Assembly: GCA_030698775.1 (NCBI GenBank)
Contig: JAUYMJ010000011.1
Coordinates: 1 to 51,081 of the forward strand
Direction of reading: 5' to 3'
DNA: 51,081 bases
Source of the DNA: a bacterium
Lineage (GTDB): Bacteria; Patescibacteriota; Microgenomatia; Levybacterales; UBA12049
The notes beneath the pieces are model-generated. The model did no database searches. It was not told the DNA's origin and saw nothing but the letters and a program-made list of their open reading frames with translations. Below, one piece after another: positions 36,175-45,275 of this stretch. A program made the position numbers and the translations under genes. Every line of letters begins with the position of its first letter. The first letter of the stretch is position 1.

Positions 36175-37073
36175 AGAAGCTGAGCGTTGTCATATCTGCT
36201 TTCAACGAGGAAAGAAATATTGAAGAATGCCTGAAGTCTGTCAATTTCGCAGATGAAATCATAGTTATCGATAATCAGTCGATTGACACCACGGCGAAAA
36301 TAGCAAAAAAGCATAAAGCAAAGGTATATGAAAAACCAAATAACCTGATGCTTAATGTGAACAAGAATTTTGGGTTTACAAAAGCAACAGGGGAGTGGGT
36401 TCTTAATCTTGACGCCGATGAGCGGGTGACGCCTCAACTCAGGGACGAAATCCTCGCACTCATTGCAGATACAAAGAACCAGACGGAAGGGTATGAAATT
36501 CCGAGGAAAAATATTATCTTCGGGAAAGTCATGATGCATACCGGGTGGTATCCGGATCTCAACCTCAGGTTATTTAAAAACGGAAAGGGAAAATTTAATG
36601 AGAGGCATGTCCATGAAAAGATAGTTGTGGAGGGAGAGACAGGAACACTTAATAATTTTCTTATTCATGAAAACTACAATTCGGTAAAGGAGTTTTTCAG
36701 AAAAACAGTGCTGATATATGCTCCGAATGAAGCTGACCAGTTGTTGGAAAACGGTTACGTATTCAGCTATGCGGATGTCATCAGGTTTCCTCTCAGAGAG
36801 TTTCTTGGGAGGTTTTTTGCAAGAGAAGGGTATAAAGACGGATACCACGGACTCGTACTGTCTTTTTTGATGGCATGTTATCACCTTGTCGTATTCGCCT
36901 ATATCTGGGAGAAGAAGCGTTTTGTTGATGAACACGAATCGTCACTTCCGTTATTTAAGGAGCAAGTCAAACTGGCGAAAAAGGATCTGTCATATTGGTT
37001 GAATACGAGCGAAGTTGCACATGCCTCAAATCCTTTCGTCAGACTGTTCTACCTCATTCGAAGGAAACTCTGA
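36171..37073 (+). CDS. GT2 family glycosyltransferase
   Basis: LSVVISAFNEERNIEECL, VIDNQSIDTT and NLDADERV. It has an ATGA overlap and is a paralog of 38643. Confidence 0.8.
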   Translation: MKKLSVVISAFNEERNIEECLKSVNFADEIIVIDNQSIDTTAKIAKKHKAKVYEKPNNLMLNVNKNFGFTKATGEWVLNLDADERVTPQLRDEILALIADTKNQTEGYEIPRKNIIFGKVMMHTGWYPDLNLRLFKNGKGKFNERHVHEKIVVEGETGTLNNFLIHENYNSVKEFFRKTVLIYAPNEADQLLENGYVFSYADVIRFPLREFLGRFFAREGYKDGYHGLVLSFLMACYHLVVFAYIWEKKRFVDEHESSLPLFKEQVKLAKKDLSYWLNTSEVAHASNPFVRLFYLIRRKL

Positions 37074-37076
37074 TGT

Positions 37077-37721
37077 ATGTTTGGAAAAAATCATTGGTTT
37101 ATGCGGTTTGTTGTATTTGCATTCTTCGGATTCACGATGGTGAATCTGATGTTTCTCAATTACATTGTGTTACAAAATTATAAAAATGCTGGACAAATGC
37201 AGGTTGTAGGATCTTTGGAGAAAACGAATGAGGGGGATACCATTTGCGATACGGAAAATTGTGTTCCAGCTCTCTATAATGCTATTTATCAGGCTACAGC
37301 ATCGCAGAAATTACAGCAACCTGTGACGCAGGCTAATCAGGCCTCATCCGGTTCTACACAAGAATATTATATACAGTTGGGAACCGGTACGAATTCAACG
37401 AGTTCGTGGGCGGATGTAGGCGGAGTTTCGGCATATATTGATAGCGGCGCATATGGTGATATCCAGCAGGTTACTTTCGAAGCATCAGTTTCGGTACCTA
37501 CGGGAAACCAGACAGCGTATGTACAACTTTACAATAAGACAGCGCAGCATCCGGTATGGTTCTCGCAGGTGTCTCTCCAAGGGGGTACCCCTCAGCTTCT
37601 TGTGTCGTCTCCGATTACTCTGGATTCGGGTACGAATCTGTATCAGGTGCAGATGATGACACAATTACAGTATCCGGCTAATCTTACTCAATCAAGGGTG
37701 CATATTATTTCATCAAACTGA
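37077..37721 (+). CDS. membrane-anchored extracytoplasmic protein of unknown function
   Basis: An N-terminal TM segment (FMRFVVFAFFGFTMVNLMFLNYIV), then a Q/S/T-rich beta-looking domain carrying the NST, NQT, NKT and NLT tripeptides. Confidence 0.6.
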   Translation: MFGKNHWFMRFVVFAFFGFTMVNLMFLNYIVLQNYKNAGQMQVVGSLEKTNEGDTICDTENCVPALYNAIYQATASQKLQQPVTQANQASSGSTQEYYIQLGTGTNSTSSWADVGGVSAYIDSGAYGDIQQVTFEASVSVPTGNQTAYVQLYNKTAQHPVWFSQVSLQGGTPQLLVSSPITLDSGTNLYQVQMMTQLQYPANLTQSRVHIISSN

Positions 37722-37722
37722 A

Positions 37723-38646
37723 ATGAAAAAATTTGTTTTTATCGTTCTTCACTTCCGGGATGTCAAAAACACAAAAGCCTGCATAGAATCGCTCTGCCAT
37801 ATGAAAAGTCCCAAAGATGTCGCAGTCGAGATCCTCGTTGTTGATAACTATTCTCCGGATCCTTTTCCGGAGAATGAAATAAAGTGCAAAATTGGTCAGG
37901 TGACGGTTGTGAAAAATGCCGAAAACCTCGGGTTTTCAGGAGGGATGAACTCGGGTATGAGAAGTGCTTTGGAAAAAGGAGCGGACTATGTTGTCATCGT
38001 CAATAATGATACAGTGTTTGACGAAGCATTTTTGCAAGCTGCGAACAAGTTCATAGCAAGTGAGAAAGGAATGGGTATTTTCGTCCCAAAAATTTATTTT
38101 TACCCCGGGAACGAATACCATTTTGACCGTTATAAAGAGAATGAACGCGGGAAAGTAATCTGGTATGCAGGGGGAAATATCGACTGGGATAACGTCATTG
38201 GTTTTCATAGAGGGGTTGATGAAGTTGATTTCGGACAACACGATAAGGAGAGGGAGACAATGTATGCTACAGGTTGTTGTATTGTATTTCCAAAAGAAGT
38301 GATCGAGCATGTAGGTTTTTTTGACGACTCATATTATCTCTATTACGAAGATATTGATTTAAGCATGCGGGTGAGAAGGAAAGGATTTAAAATATTCTTT
38401 GTACCGGAGGCCATGTTATGGCATAAGAACGCGAAATCTTCTGGAGGTTCTGGTTCTCCCCTGCAAGACTATTTTATAAGCAGGAACAGAATGCTTTTTG
38501 CTATGCGTTATGCTCCTGCCCGCACGAAACTTGCAATTCTTCGAGAGGGTCTCCGGTTATTAGTATCGGGAAGAGAATGGCAGAGGAAAGGGGTCCGTGA
38601 CTACTTTTTAGGACGGTACGGAAAAGGAAGTTTTATTATCTCATGA
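37723..38646 (+). CDS. GT2 family glycosyltransferase (rhamnosyltransferase-like architecture)
   Basis: FIVLHFRD...VVDNYSPD, GFSGGMNSG, VNNDT and YYEDIDLSMR. Confidence 0.8.
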   Translation: MKKFVFIVLHFRDVKNTKACIESLCHMKSPKDVAVEILVVDNYSPDPFPENEIKCKIGQVTVVKNAENLGFSGGMNSGMRSALEKGADYVVIVNNDTVFDEAFLQAANKFIASEKGMGIFVPKIYFYPGNEYHFDRYKENERGKVIWYAGGNIDWDNVIGFHRGVDEVDFGQHDKERETMYATGCCIVFPKEVIEHVGFFDDSYYLYYEDIDLSMRVRRKGFKIFFVPEAMLWHKNAKSSGGSGSPLQDYFISRNRMLFAMRYAPARTKLAILREGLRLLVSGREWQRKGVRDYFLGRYGKGSFIIS

Positions 38647-39425
38647 TGCACACAATCACTGCCGTGATAATAGCAAAAGATGAGGAGGAGATGATCGGTG
38701 GATGCCTCTCCTCATTAAAGTTTTGTGATGAAATTCTCCTCATCGATGGTAGGTCAACCGATAAGACACGGGAGATTGCACATAGTCATGGTGCAAAAAT
38801 TATTCAATATCCCTCAGGGGATTTTTCAAAATCCCGGAATCAGGCACTCCTGCATGCAACGGGGGATTGGTTATTGTACGTTGATGCGGATGAGCGGGTT
38901 ACGAAAGAGCTGGTTGTTTCGATAAAGTCAAAGCTTTCACTTCCTCATCCACATAAGGCGTACAGGATAAAGCGAAAAAATTTCTACTTTAAGAAATATG
39001 AATGGCCGGCAATAGAGAGGCTTGAGCGTTTGTTTCAAAGAGAAAGCATTAAGGAATGGTATGGGGAACTCCATGAAACAGCGGTGATAGAAGGAGATGT
39101 CGGAGATGCGGACGGGTTTCTCTTGCATTTTTCACACCGTGACCTTTCGTCAATGCTTGATAAGACACTTTTGTGGTCAACGGTTGAGGCAAAAAACCGG
39201 TTTTCGGCACACCATCCGCAGATGACTTGGTGGCGTTTTCCCCGTGTCATGCTGACTGCCTTTTTCCGTTCGTTCATTGGGGAAAGAGGATGGCAGGTGG
39301 GGACAGCCGGGTTAATTGAGAGTATATATCAGTCATATAGTGCATTTGTTACGTATGCCAAGTTGTGGGAGATGCAGCATGAACTCAAAACTCAAAATGC
39401 AAAACTCAAAGTTACAAGAAATTAA
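38643..39425 (+). CDS. GT2 family glycosyltransferase
   Basis: ITAVIIAKDEEEMIGGCL, LIDGRSTDKT and YVDADERV. It has an ATGA overlap. Confidence 0.8.
   Translation: MMHTITAVIIAKDEEEMIGGCLSSLKFCDEILLIDGRSTDKTREIAHSHGAKIIQYPSGDFSKSRNQALLHATGDWLLYVDADERVTKELVVSIKSKLSLPHPHKAYRIKRKNFYFKKYEWPAIERLERLFQRESIKEWYGELHETAVIEGDVGDADGFLLHFSHRDLSSMLDKTLLWSTVEAKNRFSAHHPQMTWWRFPRVMLTAFFRSFIGERGWQVGTAGLIESIYQSYSAFVTYAKLWEMQHELKTQNAKLKVTRN
39384..39411 (+). repeat. four tandem heptamers (CTCAAAA CTCAAAA TGCAAAA CTCAAAG)
   Basis: Read directly from the sequence. The repeat lies in the overlap between the 3' end of GT2 38643..39425 and the 5' end of the YfhO gene. Confidence 0.8.
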
Positions 39426-41664
39426 AACCTTTGTCTATAGGTCTTTGCCAGTACTCCTCATTCTTGTAGTTTGGTTTGTGTTTGCTTACCCTTTTTTTCT
39501 GCAAGCAAAAGTGCCGTTTCCCTCAACCTATCAGGTAAACCATTTTCACCCCTGGAGTCTGGATCAGAAATACTGGGGACCGGTGAAAAACGGAGCAATG
39601 CCAGATATTATTGACCAGATTTATCCTTGGAGGCATTTCTCAATCGAGCAGTTGACAAAAGGTCAGATTCCCTGGTGGAATCCGAACAGTTTTTCAGGAA
39701 ATCCGCATGTCGCCAACGTTCAATCGGCCGCATTTAACCCTTTCAATGTGCTTTTTTTTGTTATGCCGTTTATCGATGCTTGGAGTCTTATCGTTTTGTT
39801 GCAGCCTTTAGTTGCAGGTATGGGGATGTATGTATTCCTCCGTTCACAAAATATCACAAAGCAAGGGGCATTTCTCGGAAGTATTGCATGGATGTTTTGC
39901 GGGTTTATTGTCGTCTGGATGGCCTACGGAACGCTCTCACTGGCAATTTCTTTCTTGCCGTTGACTCTTTTTGGATTGTATAAACTTTCCGAAACAAAAC
40001 GCATCAAGTGGGGAATTTTGTCATCAGTACTTATCGCAACCTCGTTTTTTTCTGGCCATTTCCAAACAAGCCTCTATCTTGCCGGTACAACGATTCTATA
40101 CATAACATTTTTGGGTTTTCGGAAAGAAACGCGTACGAAAGCCTTGCTTATTGGAGCCTTTCTACTTGGCATCCTCATCTCGCTTATTCAGATTCTTCCA
40201 GCGATACAATTTTATACACTTTCCCCAAGAAGCTCAATTTATCTTTTCTCTGGAGGAATACCAGTTCATTATCTTATTACGCTTATCGCTCCTGACTTTT
40301 ATGGGAACCCTGTGACCCGAAATGACTGGTTTGGTTTTTATGCCGAGTGGGCGAGTTTTATTGGGGTGATCCCATTACTTTTTGCGTTTTTTACCCTGCG
40401 AAGAAAGCCGCGACGTGTTGTCATATTTTTCCAATTACTTTTTCTATTTTCGTTTCTTTTTGCCCTCGACTCTCCACTCCTTCGTCTCTTAGGAAGCCTT
40501 CATATACCAGTTATTTCGACAAGTACTCCGTCCCGACTGATCGTGATTACGAGTTTTGCATTAGCCACGCTTTCTGGGTTTGGGTACGATGCTGTTTTGG
40601 AAATGATCCGAAAAGTAAAGTTACGCAGTGTACTTCCGCAACTTATATTATTTTTTGTTGTGATTGCATCGATCTGGGGTGTAATACTGTTCGGAGGTAT
40701 CCTCACATCGGAACAGGCAGCAATAGCTAAGAAAAATTTTCTTCTTCCGACTTCGCTTTTTTTTCTCACAGGGGTAACTCTTTTACTCGTTTTTCTGCTT
40801 AAGAAAAAACAAAAGTTTTTTATCGTCCTTCTTTTATTTCCTCTTTTCCTTATGGTGTTTGATAGTTTGAGGTTTGTGACAAAATGGATGCCGTTTGACC
40901 CGAAAAATCTCGTTTTTCCCGATGCTCCGGTTATAGCGGCTATGCAGCAAAAAATCGGTCACGGGAGGGTATTTGGGAATATCAGTGCACAAGTCGGAAC
41001 ATACTTCAACTTGCCTCTCATTGAAGGATACGATCCGTTGTATATCGACCGATATGGGGAGTTTATAAGAACAAGTTCAAGAGGGGTGTATACACCGTCC
41101 GAGCGGTCTCTCGTCAGAATTGACCGAAATGGCGACTACACAAAACGCATTCTTGATTTACTTGGAGTGACACTAATTTACCACCCGCTTCCCGATACGA
41201 ATCAGGCATGGGCTTTTCCTGTGTGGAATGATCCAAATTATATACTCTTCTACAAGGATGACCTCTTTTCTCTTTACTCAAACACCAGAGTAATAAACCG
41301 TCCTAGTCTTTACTATCGATATCAGGTCATACCTGATGAGAAAAAACTATTAGCAACGTTTTTTACGGTGAAGTTTGATTATAGAAACACCTTGCTTCTT
41401 GAAGCAGATCCAAAGATTCCAGTTTCGGAGGGTGAACACACATCGTCTGTCCTGGTAGTAAAGGATACTCCTAATTTCCTGAAGTTTGCTGTTTCATCCG
41501 ATATGCCTGCGTTGCTGTTTCTGTCCGATAACTATTACCCTGGTTGGAAGGCATATGTAAACGACAAAGAAACTACGATTTTCAGGGCAGATTATACGTT
41601 CCGGGCAGTTGTTGTTCCAGCGGGGGAGTCAAGCGTAAAATTTATCTATAGGGGATTATTTTGA
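39397..41664 (+). CDS. YfhO family membrane protein, paralog 2
   Basis: VPFPSTYQVNHFHPW, WWNPNSFSGNPHVANVQSAAFNPFN, and C-terminal YYPGWKAYVNDKET...VPAGESSVKFIY. The start is uncertain: ATG 39397 is favoured by alignment with the paralogs, and ATG 39379 is also possible. Confidence 0.8.
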   Translation: MQNSKLQEIKTFVYRSLPVLLILVVWFVFAYPFFLQAKVPFPSTYQVNHFHPWSLDQKYWGPVKNGAMPDIIDQIYPWRHFSIEQLTKGQIPWWNPNSFSGNPHVANVQSAAFNPFNVLFFVMPFIDAWSLIVLLQPLVAGMGMYVFLRSQNITKQGAFLGSIAWMFCGFIVVWMAYGTLSLAISFLPLTLFGLYKLSETKRIKWGILSSVLIATSFFSGHFQTSLYLAGTTILYITFLGFRKETRTKALLIGAFLLGILISLIQILPAIQFYTLSPRSSIYLFSGGIPVHYLITLIAPDFYGNPVTRNDWFGFYAEWASFIGVIPLLFAFFTLRRKPRRVVIFFQLLFLFSFLFALDSPLLRLLGSLHIPVISTSTPSRLIVITSFALATLSGFGYDAVLEMIRKVKLRSVLPQLILFFVVIASIWGVILFGGILTSEQAAIAKKNFLLPTSLFFLTGVTLLLVFLLKKKQKFFIVLLLFPLFLMVFDSLRFVTKWMPFDPKNLVFPDAPVIAAMQQKIGHGRVFGNISAQVGTYFNLPLIEGYDPLYIDRYGEFIRTSSRGVYTPSERSLVRIDRNGDYTKRILDLLGVTLIYHPLPDTNQAWAFPVWNDPNYILFYKDDLFSLYSNTRVINRPSLYYRYQVIPDEKKLLATFFTVKFDYRNTLLLEADPKIPVSEGEHTSSVLVVKDTPNFLKFAVSSDMPALLFLSDNYYPGWKAYVNDKETTIFRADYTFRAVVVPAGESSVKFIYRGLF

Positions 41665-41889
41665 TGTTTTTTCCCAGAAACGAAGCTCTTCAATCGTAAA
41701 TCGTTTTTTTGCAAACCGAAAAAGATAGAGTATCTCAAGTATCCCGGCAGTGTTGATAACAAGGAGTACGATAAACCAATTCCTCTGGTCCAACTTTGCT
41801 GCTCTCCACAACGCGATTCCTTTCCAAAGCAGCGACCAGGCAAACAGAAGGATGAAGACAGGTGAGTTCGGATTCAGGATATTTTCCAT
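41656..41889 (-). CDS. small two-TM membrane protein (DUF5652-like)
   Basis: FAWSLLWKGIALWRAAKLDQRNWFIVLLVINTAGILEILYLF. The ATG at 41889 is preferred over the ORF-track start. Confidence 0.55.
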   Translation of the reverse strand: MENILNPNSPVFILLFAWSLLWKGIALWRAAKLDQRNWFIVLLVINTAGILEILYLFRFAKKRFTIEELRFWEKTSK

Positions 41890-41909
41890 AGCTACGGAGA
41901 GTATAGCAC

Positions 41910-42989
41910 ATGCGAGAAACATGCTACAATAATTCAGTGAGAATTGGTGTGTATGATCCCTACCTTGACACGCTTGGAGGCGGTGAGAGGTACATGCTTA
42001 CGCTTGCCTCCGCACTAAGCACGGAGCATACGGTTTCCCTTTTCTGGGGTAATGATGAGATTCTTCAGGCTGCAGGCGAGAAATTTGGTCTCCCTTTGGG
42101 GAATGTATGGGTGTATCAAAATATCTTCTCTTCTTCATATAGCAAGCTGAGGAGGATACGGCAGATGCGGAGGTTTGATCTACTTTTTTTTCTCAGCGAC
42201 GGAAGCGTGCCGCTCCTTCTGGCAAAGAAAAATATCTTACTTTTTCAGTTTCCTCTTCCATGGAGAAAAAGTCTTACTCTGTATGATCATATGAAGTTAC
42301 AATTCGTTTCAAGAATTATTTATAATTCAGAGTTTGTCATGCAAAGTAATTCTAAGCTTTTTAAGATGCCAAGTGAAGTGCTTTACCCACCTGTTTCTCC
42401 TGTTCCTACGTCGACGCGAAAGAAAGAAAAACTCATACTTGGTGTCGGGCGTTTTACAAAAGGGATGAACATGAAAAAACAGGATTTTCTCATTACGACT
42501 TTTAAATCGCTTAGTCGAAACCTGCGTGACTGGGAGCTTATATTAATAGGTTCTGTTTTAGATTCCGATATGGATTTTTTAGAAAAACTCAAGGTAATGG
42601 CGAAAGGTTGCCGGGTCAAAATTATTCTCAATCCCCCACATAAAACATTAGTTGCATATCTAGAGAGGGCGAGTATTTTTTGGCATGCTGCAGGATTTGG
42701 CGAAGATCTGTCAGTCTATCCTGAAAGGGCAGAACATTTTGGTATTGCAACGGTTGAAGCCATGTCGGCAGGTTGTGTCCCCGTAGTTTTTAACGGGGGA
42801 GGCCTTCGCGAGATAGTTGATGACGGGGTAAACGGTTTTCTTTACACCTCAGCAGATCAGCTTGAAAGTCGTACGACTGAGCTGACGGCAGATGCAGCAT
42901 TATGGAGAACCCTTTCAAAAAAAGCAATTGATAAAGCAGCTGATTTTTCCCCCGAGAGATTTCGAAAACGCCTCATGACGTTCTTATGA
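41910..42989 (+). CDS. GT4 family (GT-B fold) glycosyltransferase
   Basis: EHFGIATVEAMSAGCVPVVFNGGGLREIVDDGVNGFL (EX7E region). The start is either ATG 41910 or GTG 41937 (VRIGVYDP...). Confidence 0.85.
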   Translation: MRETCYNNSVRIGVYDPYLDTLGGGERYMLTLASALSTEHTVSLFWGNDEILQAAGEKFGLPLGNVWVYQNIFSSSYSKLRRIRQMRRFDLLFFLSDGSVPLLLAKKNILLFQFPLPWRKSLTLYDHMKLQFVSRIIYNSEFVMQSNSKLFKMPSEVLYPPVSPVPTSTRKKEKLILGVGRFTKGMNMKKQDFLITTFKSLSRNLRDWELILIGSVLDSDMDFLEKLKVMAKGCRVKIILNPPHKTLVAYLERASIFWHAAGFGEDLSVYPERAEHFGIATVEAMSAGCVPVVFNGGGLREIVDDGVNGFLYTSADQLESRTTELTADAALWRTLSKKAIDKAADFSPERFRKRLMTFL

Positions 42990-45268
42990 AAGGCTGGCTC
43001 TTCGCTTTCACGTTACTACCCTTCGCAGCGGCACTGTTTTTTTATCCTGTTTTACTCAGCGGAAAACTTCCGATTCCTTCAGATACAATCGTCGGCTTGT
43101 ATCATCCGTATCGTGATTTTTATCGTCAGTCATTCCCTAATGGAATTCCCTTTAAAAACTTTCTCATCACCGATCCGGTGAGGCAGCAGTATCCCTGGAG
43201 AGAATTGAGTGTTGAAATATTTTCGCAAGGAAGATTGCCTCTATGGAATCCCTATAGTGGTTCCGGTTCACCGCTGTCTGCAAATTTTCAGTCCGGTGCA
43301 TTCTACCCTCTCAATATTTTATATTTATTCTTCCCGTTTACCTATTCATGGACGCTGCAAGTAATGCTGCAATGCGTCCTTTCGGCACTATTCATGTTTA
43401 TCTATCTTCGTTTTCTTAAGCTACGTTTCTTTTCCTGCATACTTGGATCATTGACATTTGCTTTCTCCGGTTTCTCAGTAGCGTGGCTCGAGTGGAATAC
43501 AATGGTTCAGACGGTAATGTGGGTTCCCTTGCTTCTTTTTGCAAAAGAAAAGTTTTTAACACAAAGACGGTTGAAATGGGCAGTCTTGCTCATCTTTTCT
43601 GAGAGCTCACTTCTTTTAGCCGGTCATCTGCAAATTGCGTTTTACTCCTTACTTGTTATCAACCTTTACCTTCTTGTGAGAGTGCTGCAGATGGTAAACA
43701 AACGGTCCTCGGGTGGCGCCTTGACTGAGTTTTTTCGCATCTATACACCATTTTTTTTCATTGGTGTACTGGTTGCAGTTATCACGAGCATACAATGGAT
43801 CCCGACACTGCAACTCATCCTCCATTCTGCACGCGATATTGATCAATCAAATTGGCAAAAGGAGGGCTGGTTTCTTCCATGGCAGAATCTCGTCCAGTTC
43901 GTAGCTCCTGATTTTTTTGGAAACCCTTCGACCCTTAATTATTCGGGAGTTTGGAACTATGCGGAGTTTATCGGATATGTGGGGGTAATTCCATTATTGA
44001 TGTCACTGTTGGCACTAGGGTTCCGAAGAGATAGAAAGACGGCATTTTTCGGATCGCTGTTTTTCTTTTCTCTCCTTTTTAGCCTACCAACGTTTTTTGC
44101 AAAAATTCCATTTTTTCTTTCAATACCATTTCTCTCATCAGCGCAACCGACACGTCTTCTTTCAGTAACCGATTTTTCACTGGCAGTACTTACGGCACTA
44201 GGTGCTGATATGTTTCTTGTTCGAAAAAAATACCTGCTGTATCCTCTCGTTTTCCTGGGTGTGACGTTATGTTGTCTATGGGTCGTGTCATTTTTATCAT
44301 ACCTGACATTTGGAATGACAGCCGACCAGCTTGCCATAGCGCGAAATAATCTTAAGCTTCCGACGATTCTTTTCGTCTCGGTAACGTTTGTCTATATCCT
44401 GTTTCTATTATTCCGACAGAAAAAACTACAGATTTTATTGCTGGCGGTTTTTGTTGGAATTACACTCTTTGATTTGTACAGGTTTGGATGGAAATTTACT
44501 CCTTTTGTAGAAGCATCGTATGTATTCCCGGTAACAAAAACGCTTTCGTTTTTACAAAAAGACCCTTCCAAGTTTCGTGTGATGACAACAGATAGCAGGA
44601 TATTGCCTCCTAATTTTTCCTCTGTGTATCGTGTGGAGTCGATAGACATTTATGATCCTCTGTACTTGCTCCGCTATGGAGAATTTGTTGCCGCCTCCGA
44701 AAGGGGCGTACCAAATATCGATCCACCGTTTGGTTTTAATCGTATCTTAACTCCCCACAATAGTATATCTCCCCTCGTCAATCTTATGAATGTGAAGTAC
44801 GTTTTGTCTTTTTCAGATATCGGGTCTAAGCGCTTTGAGAAGGTATTCCAGGAAGGAAGCACTATGGTATTTAAAAACAATAACTATCTCCCGCGCTACT
44901 TTTTTGCACGGGAGCTGATGACTGCTCGTGACAAAAAGGATGCAATGCAAAAAATATTTACTCACGCTGACCTTCTCGAATCGCTTGCAGTGGTTGAGGA
45001 TTTACCAAACAATTCAGTGATATCCGGGTTATCGGATGGAGTGATTGATTTGGTCACGTATTCGGCAAACCAAGTCGACTTTAAGGTTCAAAACGACAGG
45101 GAGGCATTCTTCGTATTGCTTGATGTGAATTATCCGACCTGGCATGCGTACCTGTCATCGCCGGGAGGGTTTATTGAGACAAAAATCTTCCAAACGGATT
45201 TTCTCTTTAGGGGTGTGTTTATCCCAAGGGGTGAGCATATCCTCAGTTTCCGAAGTCATTTATTATAA
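42986..45268 (+). CDS. YfhO family membrane protein, paralog 3
   Basis: LPIPSDTIVGLYHPYR, LWNPYSGSGSPLSANFQSGAFYPLN, and C-terminal NYPTWHAYLSS...IPRGEHILSF. It has an ATGA overlap. Confidence 0.8.
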   Translation: MKGWLFAFTLLPFAAALFFYPVLLSGKLPIPSDTIVGLYHPYRDFYRQSFPNGIPFKNFLITDPVRQQYPWRELSVEIFSQGRLPLWNPYSGSGSPLSANFQSGAFYPLNILYLFFPFTYSWTLQVMLQCVLSALFMFIYLRFLKLRFFSCILGSLTFAFSGFSVAWLEWNTMVQTVMWVPLLLFAKEKFLTQRRLKWAVLLIFSESSLLLAGHLQIAFYSLLVINLYLLVRVLQMVNKRSSGGALTEFFRIYTPFFFIGVLVAVITSIQWIPTLQLILHSARDIDQSNWQKEGWFLPWQNLVQFVAPDFFGNPSTLNYSGVWNYAEFIGYVGVIPLLMSLLALGFRRDRKTAFFGSLFFFSLLFSLPTFFAKIPFFLSIPFLSSAQPTRLLSVTDFSLAVLTALGADMFLVRKKYLLYPLVFLGVTLCCLWVVSFLSYLTFGMTADQLAIARNNLKLPTILFVSVTFVYILFLLFRQKKLQILLLAVFVGITLFDLYRFGWKFTPFVEASYVFPVTKTLSFLQKDPSKFRVMTTDSRILPPNFSSVYRVESIDIYDPLYLLRYGEFVAASERGVPNIDPPFGFNRILTPHNSISPLVNLMNVKYVLSFSDIGSKRFEKVFQEGSTMVFKNNNYLPRYFFARELMTARDKKDAMQKIFTHADLLESLAVVEDLPNNSVISGLSDGVIDLVTYSANQVDFKVQNDREAFFVLLDVNYPTWHAYLSSPGGFIETKIFQTDFLFRGVFIPRGEHILSFRSHLL

Positions 45269-45275
45269 TAACCAT

